Shown one piece after another: positions 8,190 through 14,480 of a DNA stretch of 14,480 nt. The position numbers were made by a program, and so were the translations under genes. The stretch comes from Octopus sinensis. Taxonomy: Eukaryota. The stretch spans positions 1 through 14,480 of the forward strand of contig NW_021825837.1 of NCBI RefSeq assembly GCF_006345805.1, read 5' to 3'. Numbering within the stretch: the stretch's first letter is position 1; every line of letters begins with the position of its first letter. The notes below the pieces were generated by a model. The model was not told the DNA's origin. It did no database searches and saw nothing but the letters and a program-made list of their open reading frames with translations.

Positions 8190-9655
8190 ACGCTGCAACC
8201 ACTTTGCGATAACAGCCCTGTCCACCACCACCACCACTAACAACAACACAACGAGACTACTCTAACTGCTACCACCACTGGCCTCCACCACCACCACCAC
8301 CACCGCCACCCGGCTACCTCATCCATTACCTCAACTACCAACAACAACACAATAACAATGACAAGAATAACCAACAATGCGCCAAACCATTTGACATCTG
8401 CTGCCACGGCTGTCTCTTCTGCCACTGACACCACCGCACCACACCAACACAAAAACAACAATACAGCACAACAACCATTCAGTTCAGACCTTGTTTCTCC
8501 TCCAACACCAAGAACTGAAGAAATAAACAAAAGACTGTGACCACCAACAAATTGACAAAAGCTGCTCGAACGCAGGGACAACTATGCAAGTAATTTTCCA
8601 CTCCTTCCTACTCGCACAATCAACCAAATACAAAACACCGATTTTACAACTGCAGCCCAACACAACATCACCACCAGCAACAACAATCAAAATCAAAACA
8701 ACAACAACCAATTTCGCCGAGGCGATAAAGAAAAAAGACAACAGTATGATTTTACTGCACAGCAGATAAAAGATACGAAAGTTTTTAATAACGGAAGTAG
8801 ATGGCATAGTAAAAATAAATATACCACAAGAAATATTAGAAATGAAAAAAAGAACTATTATATATAAAATAATAATAAGAAAACAAAAAGTCCAGAGAGG
8901 CTAATACAAGCAAAATCGAAATGCTTGAAACCCATCTGGAACTTCAAAGAGTATGTGACCTTTGGAATAAGTTCGCGCACATACAAGTGGTCTTCCACAC
9001 TGAAGAGTTAGCAAAACGTTTTTCTCAACGCTAACTCGTCATTCAGATGAACTGACATTATACCAAGCTATCGTGGACGAAAGTGACTAAGATCACTTTA
9101 ACAATGTCCCAAAATAGCGAACAATCTATGGCTAGCAAAGGCCTTATGGTGAAAATGGAAGATTTCACATTTTAAAACTACGGTCACGGAACACAAAAAC
9201 TGGTAGGAAAAGAGTAGAATTTCTACTACACATAAACCAAGATGATATAAAGAAAATACCCACCCAGATATGTGTATCAGAAGACCACAAGTTGCATGTG
9301 GTCGTCGATGGTAGAAGACCACGTTGCTACATATGCGGCAGTGAGCAACATCTAGAAAAAGATTGCAAATCTGCCGCAAGAAAACAACAGCAACAACAAC
9401 AGCAGCCGGAAAAAAAAGCCAGCTTTACTACCCACACCACAATTTGTACAAACAGGACTAATCAACTGCACCAAGAACAGAAACAACAACAACAACAACA
9501 ACAACGAAGAATAAACTAACTCCCAAACGAAGGACATCTGCCAAAAAGACACTCATCGAAAATGAAGAAACAATTACTACTCCAAATCCCCACTAAATTG
9601 ACACCCCAAACAACACAACAATACCTACAATCACTCAAACACAAAATACCCATGA
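8190..9655 (+). mobile_element. Decayed gag-like ORF1 of a non-LTR retrotransposon (probably Tx1/L1-like); no ORF2 follows
   Basis: Pro/Thr-rich N-terminal low-complexity region, then frameshifted segments (EYVTFG; VVFHTEELAK; YRGRKVTKITL..VP..WLAKA), then VVVDGRRPRCYICGSEQHLEKDC, a CX2CX4HX4C gag knuckle at about 9320-9366, then poly-Q (CAA)n. There are multiple stops. The clade assignment is from recalled similarity. Confidence 0.65.
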
Positions 9656-9729
<74 letters not shown>

Positions 9730-9900
9730 GTCTGTCTATCTATCTATCTATCTATACATGTGTGCGTACATTTATATACAAGTCTGTGTGTATGTGCACC
9801 TGTGTTTTTATATTTTGTTTGTACGTGTGCGTGCGTGTATGTAGGTATGTATGTATGCATGTATGTGTGAGTGTGTGCGTGCGATATGTGTGTGAGTGTA
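9656..9900. repeat. (TATC)n/(TA)n/(TG)n compound microsatellite
   Basis: Direct reading. Confidence 0.93.
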
Positions 9901-10043
9901 AATATTGAAATAATAGAAGCATTTTAAAGTCCTTTTCGCATTTTGGAATACTGAGAATTTACTGATGACGTGGCTCTCTACTTAGAGCAGGTTGAAAGAT
10001 TTTGTGCAGATCATATTCAAAAGGATATGTTTTATATATATAT

Positions 10044-10200
10044 GAGTGGCTGTGTGGTACGTAGCTTGCTAACCACTACATGGTTCCGGGTTCAGTCCCC
10101 TGCGTGGCACCTTGGGCAAGTGTCTTCTAACTATAGCCTCGTACGACCAAAGTCTTGTGAGTGGATTTGGTAGACGAAAACTGAAAGAAGCCCCGTCGTA
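10044..10200 (+). mobile_element. 5' half of a tRNA-derived SINE (same family as 3323-3767)
   Basis: gagtggctgtgtggtacgtagcttgct...ctgaaagaagccccgtcgta aligns with 3330-3484 and ends at the internal AT tract. Confidence 0.88.
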
Positions 10201-10221
10201 TATATGTATAATTATAGATAT

Positions 10222-10464
10222 ATATTATAAAATATTATTCGAGACAAAACCACTATTTTGCAAAACAAACAAGGGCACTTAATTAATACATAAAATTTTA
10301 ATAAATAGTCAAAAAAACCGCCACTACAATCGTTTCTTGTCTGATCGACAATCTTCAGGTGGACCTCCAATAATTCAGTGTCATTAAATTTTATGTATTA
10401 ATTAAGTCTTTCCTTGTTTGTTTGCAAAATAGTGGTTTTTGTCTCGAATAATATTTTATAATAT
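10222..10464. mobile_element. Fold-back element 2 (~81-bp inverted arms, 80-nt loop containing a hammerhead)
   Basis: Arms 10222-10302 and 10383-10464 are near-perfect inverted copies (atattataaaatattattcgagacaaaaccactattttgcaaa.. / ..tttgcaaaatagtggtttttgtctcgaataatattttataatat). Confidence 0.8.
10321..10362 (-). ncRNA. Minimal type I hammerhead ribozyme motif with intact catalytic core
   Basis: Minus strand: CCAC-CUGAAGA-UUGUC-GAUCA-GACAA-GAAA-C-GAUU-G-UA/GUGG. Stem I is 4 bp, stem II 5 bp and stem III 2 bp with a 4-nt loop. The GUA cleavage triplet predicts a cut between 10325 and 10324. Activity is untested. Confidence 0.8.
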
Positions 10465-10524
10465 TTACTATAAAATCGATTTAAAATCCTAATCTGATTT
10501 TTTTCCCTGTAATTTGGATTTTAT

Positions 10525-10534
10525 TCCCTAATAT

Positions 10535-10585
<51 letters not shown>

Positions 10586-10652
10586 GTTGTGTGTGTGGGT
10601 TTGTGTGTGTGTGTTTGTGTGTTTGTGTGTGTGTGTGTGTGCGCGCGCGTGC
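10525..10652. repeat. (TA)n/(TG)n microsatellite
   Basis: Direct reading. Confidence 0.95.
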
Positions 10653-10714
10653 ACAGGTGGTATGGGTTATTTCCCATGCGTTGTTTAAATAAAATATTAG
10701 TAATACGTAGTAGA

Positions 10715-11110
10715 TAGATGGATCTATTGGAAGGGTACTATTATCAATTTTTTTCAACAATCTAAGTATGTGATGATGTTTCCAGACATGTCAAAAGTTT
10801 GTTTTAAGAGCCTTTCGATCTGACAACATTTCTGACTGTTCCTTCTGACACATGGAGATTTTTTGCAATTGACCTCATAGATTTTCTTGGATTGTTATCA
10901 AAGGTCTGTTGAACTTGCAGGACAAATTCAGGTATTCTGATGATTTCAGAAGGTTTAGAATGCTTTTTATGCATTGATACTGGTAGTACGTATCTATATT
11001 CAGTCTCTAGCTCCTTACAAATTTTGTACACGAAAGATCTGACAACTTTTAAAAATCGAGATATTCCTAAATTATACAGAGTTAGCGAAAAATGCAGCAA
11101 TGACTAAAAA
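10715..11110 (-). mobile_element. Tc1/mariner-superfamily transposase remnant (N-terminal HTH region, internally deleted)
   Basis: The ORF 10804-11100 peptide ISRFLKVVRSFVYKICKELE...RIPEFVLQVQQTFDNNPRKSMRSIAKNLHVSEGTVRNVV matches the two HTH motifs of IS630-Tc1-mariner transposases. There is only a weak trace of a WPPNSPDLNPLDY-like segment near 10715-10790 and no recognisable DDE/D core. TIRs were not confirmed. Confidence 0.75.
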
Positions 11111-11141
11111 AAGGTACTTCTCAAAAACCTTACACACACTG

Positions 11142-11330
11142 TATATGTATTAAATATATATATATATATAATATTATATATATATATATATATATATAGA
11201 TAGATAGATAGATAGATAGATAGATGATTAGATAGATAGAGAGAGAGAGAGAGAGAGATGATTATGCAAGAATACACAAAGACACTCAGTGAATGGACAA
11301 TTTATTGAAAGTAAATCATTTTAATTCAGC

Positions 11331-11361
<31 letters not shown>

Positions 11362-11575
11362 CACATACACATATATATATATATACATATACATAGAAAT
11401 AAATATTCATATATAAATATTATATATATGCATATGTGTATACATATATATTTATATATGCATCTATTTATCTATATATCTATCTATCTATCTATCCATC
11501 TACCTATCTATCTATCTTTATATACATATATATCCATAGATACATTAATTCATAAATACACATACACGCACCTAT
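11142..11575. repeat. (TA)/(TAGA)/(GA) and (TA)/(CA)/(TATC) compound microsatellites
   Basis: Direct reading; a short unique spacer lies at about 11259-11327. Confidence 0.9.
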
Positions 11576-11789
11576 AATAGGAATAGTTTTTTGTTTAGAA
11601 AAACATCAGCGCGCTCAATACCCTGTTTACTTTACACACGAATAAACAGGTACTAGATGCAACAGCCTTGTGTTAGAAGTGTGTTGTATGATCTGTGTTT
11701 ATTTATGTCTAAGGTAAACAGGATTACATTTGGTAATCACGATTTCGATCAATCGTCCATTTTTGTCGGCAATATACAACCAAATATAA

Positions 11790-12002
11790 CATATATATGT
11801 ATATATATATATAATAATATAATATATATAATATATAATATTATATGGGTGTGTTGTGTGTGTGTGGTGTGTGTGTGTGTGTGGGTGTGTGTGTATATAT
11901 ATTGTATATATATATATATGTATAATATATATATATGTATATATATACATATATATATATTATATTATATATACATATATATATATGCATATATATATAT
12001 AT

Positions 12003-12059
<57 letters not shown>

Positions 12060-12200
12060 ATATACATGCATACATATATAGATATATGCATAGTACATAT
12101 GTATATATATATTTTGTCGGGTGTCTGTATATATCATAGGTATATATATATAGATATATATATATATGTATATACACATATATATTGTATTATGTATATA
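11790..12200. repeat. Long degenerate (TA)n tract with an embedded (TG)n
   Basis: Direct reading. Confidence 0.93.
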
Positions 12201-12440
12201 TAATTTTATTTTACATATGTGCACCCTGTGTGATAGAAGCCGTTGTGTGAACATATTGGGTATATAATTTCATTATGGATGTCGGTTCTCTTGATAACAA
12301 GATATGTTTTAAAACGAGTTTTTCAACTATCAGCGTCTATATTTGTTTAATTACATAACTGAAAATATTTACAACTTATCTTCAAGACTATGCTATGCAT
12401 TATATACTCTTCGTTAATTCTATTCTTCAGACTGTACAGT

Positions 12441-12515
12441 ACGGGGTCTCTAACCTCGGGTCCGGAAACCAGTAATAAGTTTTGGAGTCATTTTGTAATC
12501 GGGCCGTACAGAAAG
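12441..12515 (+). mobile_element. Possible 5' end remnant of a hAT (Charlie-like) element
   Basis: acggggtctctaacctcgggtcc...gggccgtacag resembles the CAGGGGTCTCCAACC..GGGCCGCACAG ends of hAT-Charlie non-autonomous elements. No partner TIR or 8-bp TSD was found. Confidence 0.3.
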
Positions 12516-12554
12516 TGGTACCCTAATATATAGATGTATACACATCTTTCTCCT

Positions 12555-12801
12555 ATATATGTATATGTGTGCGTGTGTATACATATACATCATACATACT
12601 ACACCATACTGCCATACATACATACAACATACATACATATATATATATAATATATATATATAAGGCTTGCAAGGTACCAGCAGACTCGAGACACATTCGT
12701 GTCCATAGACAAGATAAAGCTTTATTCTACTGAACCCTCAGCTGTCGGTCCGACAGGAGAAAATCTGACATACACACACACACACATATATATATATATA
12801 T

Positions 12802-12852
<51 letters not shown>

Positions 12853-12885
12853 ATATATATATATATATATCTATATATACTAATA
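12555..12885. repeat. (TA)/(CATA) and (CA)/(TA)n microsatellites flanking a ~110-bp unique spacer (12662-12770)
   Basis: Direct reading. Confidence 0.85.
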
Positions 12886-13071
12886 ATAAGGTTCAGCAAA
12901 GAATTGCCTCACCACACACCGAAGTTCAGAAATAGCAGCCAAAAATCTTAGCCATTTCGTCTACTTTAAAAAGGGTCCTTTCAAGTAGAAGAAATTGCTA
13001 GATTTTTGGCTGCTATTTCTGAACTTCGATGTGTGGTGAGGCAATTCTTTGCTGAACCCGTTTTATTAGTA
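12878..13071. mobile_element. Fold-back element 3 (~68-bp inverted arms, 32-nt loop)
   Basis: Arms 12890-12958 and 12991-13058 are inverted with about 3 differences. Outer pairing is tactaataa/ttattagta, and the loop contains further pairing tctactt/aagtaga. Its mobile origin is an inference. Confidence 0.7.
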
Positions 13072-13171
13072 TTACTAAAATTTACCTGTAACGGTCCTGT
13101 TTTCACACCCGAATTCTACTTGGTGAAATTTATGATTACTTCTTTCTTAATTAATAATTTTACCCATTTGT

Positions 13172-13259
13172 TATTATATATATATATAATATATATTATA
13201 TATATATATAATATATATATCTATATATATATATATATCTATATATATATATATAATAT

Positions 13260-13300
<41 letters not shown>
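13172..13300. repeat. (TA)n microsatellite
   Basis: Direct reading. Confidence 0.95.
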
Positions 13301-13301
<1 letters not shown>

Positions 13302-13673
13302 ATACTCCTTGGGTGTTCATTATGAAATTCATTGCTATTGCTCCGATTTGGTCGCCAATGCCATGTATTTAGTTTAAAATGCAGTACAAAATAGGGACGG
13401 TGGAGGCCCCAATTATACGGCCTTTCAAAACAATAGACACGCTTAGGGCATTCCTTGGGAATAGGGGAGTTGCTGGTTTAAGTTTCGTTGTCCTTGCAGC
13501 ACCACCGGCCTAAGAAGAATTAACGAACAAAAAACACTAACGGACAGAAACATCACTCCAATATATAATAGTTAAATTTATAATAGTTAAAAAGAGGTTA
13601 TATTAAGCCCATAAAGGGATGATTACATCCAAATATCATTGGTTCTTTACCAATATATTTTTGTGGAAATAAC

Positions 13674-14442
13674 ATTCCCCTAAATCATAGGTATATGTTA
13701 TGATATAATGCACTTCGCTTAATAGCAGGAAGAAATGGTGAGTTGAACGTTAATAATTATTTATTATGATATTCGTCATTTCTACAGCTGTTTCAATTGG
13801 TTTATTAATAAATTACAATTTTGTGGTTTAAATTGCATTGTAGGGTATAAACACTATAAAATTCCCCAAATCAGTAGGTATATGTTATGATAAAATGCAC
13901 AAGCGCTTAATATAGGAGAATATGGTGAGTTGAAAGTTAATAATTATTTATTATGATGATACGTCATAATTCACAGCTGTTTCAATTGTGTTTATTACAT
14001 AATTACAATTTATGGTTTAAATTTGCATTTGTAGGGTATAAACACTATAAAATCCCCTAAATCAGTGTATATGTTATGAATTAATGCACAACGCTTAATA
14101 GCAGGAAAGAATATGCAGAGTTGAAAGTTAATAATTATTTATTATGATGATTCGTCATACTTCCTACAGCTGTTTCAATTGTGTTTATTAAATAAATTAC
14201 AAATGTATGGTTTAAATTTGCATTTGTAGGGTATAAACACTATAAAATTCCCCTAAATCATTAGGTATATGTTATGATATAAATGCACATTCGCTTAATA
14301 GCAGGAAAGAATATGGTGAATTGAAAGTTAATAATTATTTATTATGATGATTCTTCATACTTCCTACAGCTGTTTCAATTGTGTTTATTAAATAAATTAC
14401 AAATTATGGTTTAAATTTGCATTTGTAGGGTATAAACACTAT
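13674..14442. repeat. Tandem array of four AT-rich ~190-199 bp units
   Basis: Units end in gtagggtataaacactat at 13857, 14048, 14243 and 14442, giving lengths of 184 (5' partial), 191, 195 and 199. Confidence 0.93.
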
Positions 14443-14480
14443 ATCATCACGGAAAAAGATATATATTAAAAGATTACAGG

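Noticed and set aside
4413-9655. ORF1 (8190-9655, +) and ORF2 (4413-5943, -) as one LINE insertion
   Set aside because: They are on opposite strands in a divergent arrangement, more than 2 kb apart, with no shared TSD.
9962-10020. CTGATGA...gctct/agagc...GAAA as a hammerhead
   Set aside because: Stem II does not abut the core (unpaired cgtg and aggtt linkers), there is no U16.1-H17 in register, and stem I does not pair.
11761-12120. 9-bp direct repeat TTTTGTCGG flanking the long TA tract as a TSD
   Set aside because: There are no element termini or other hallmarks between the copies, so it is plausibly chance.
7488-12430. Other isolated CTGANGA heptamers (near 7494, 10938 and 12424)
   Set aside because: None has a stem II followed by GAAA; such heptamers are expected by chance.
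13305-13560. Short open stretches that look protein-like on both strands
   Set aside because: They are interrupted by stops and show no motif I can identify.
13674-14442. CRISPR array
   Set aside because: The whole units repeat with no unique spacers, there are no cas genes, and the context is eukaryotic.

Overview
This is a eukaryotic, microsatellite-saturated, transposon-dense window with no intact protein-coding gene that I can support. The SINE families and repeat style point to an octopus or other cephalopod genome, but that is an inference from recalled sequence. Most ORFs in the supplied track are translations of (CA/TG), (GA/CT) or (TA) tracts. About 2.2-6.4 kb is a nested transposon stack. 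It contains a decayed RLE-type (R4/Dong-like) LINE carrying a TIR-bounded MITE with TTAGGG repeats and a tRNA-derived SINE, a SINE inserted in another SINE, and an antisense Tx1/L1-like ORF2 fragment split by a SINE with a perfect 15-bp TSD. Further right are a decayed gag-like LINE ORF1 with a CCHC knuckle, a Tc1/mariner remnant and a four-copy ~190-199 bp tandem array. The most interesting signal is three unrelated fold-back (inverted-repeat) elements, each next to a (TA)n tract. Two carry a minimal type I hammerhead ribozyme motif in or overlapping the loop on the minus strand. The motif at 10321-10362 has a fully intact catalytic core, and the one at 6159-6204 has an A14G lesion. This suggests Penelope-like or retrozyme-type non-autonomous elements.
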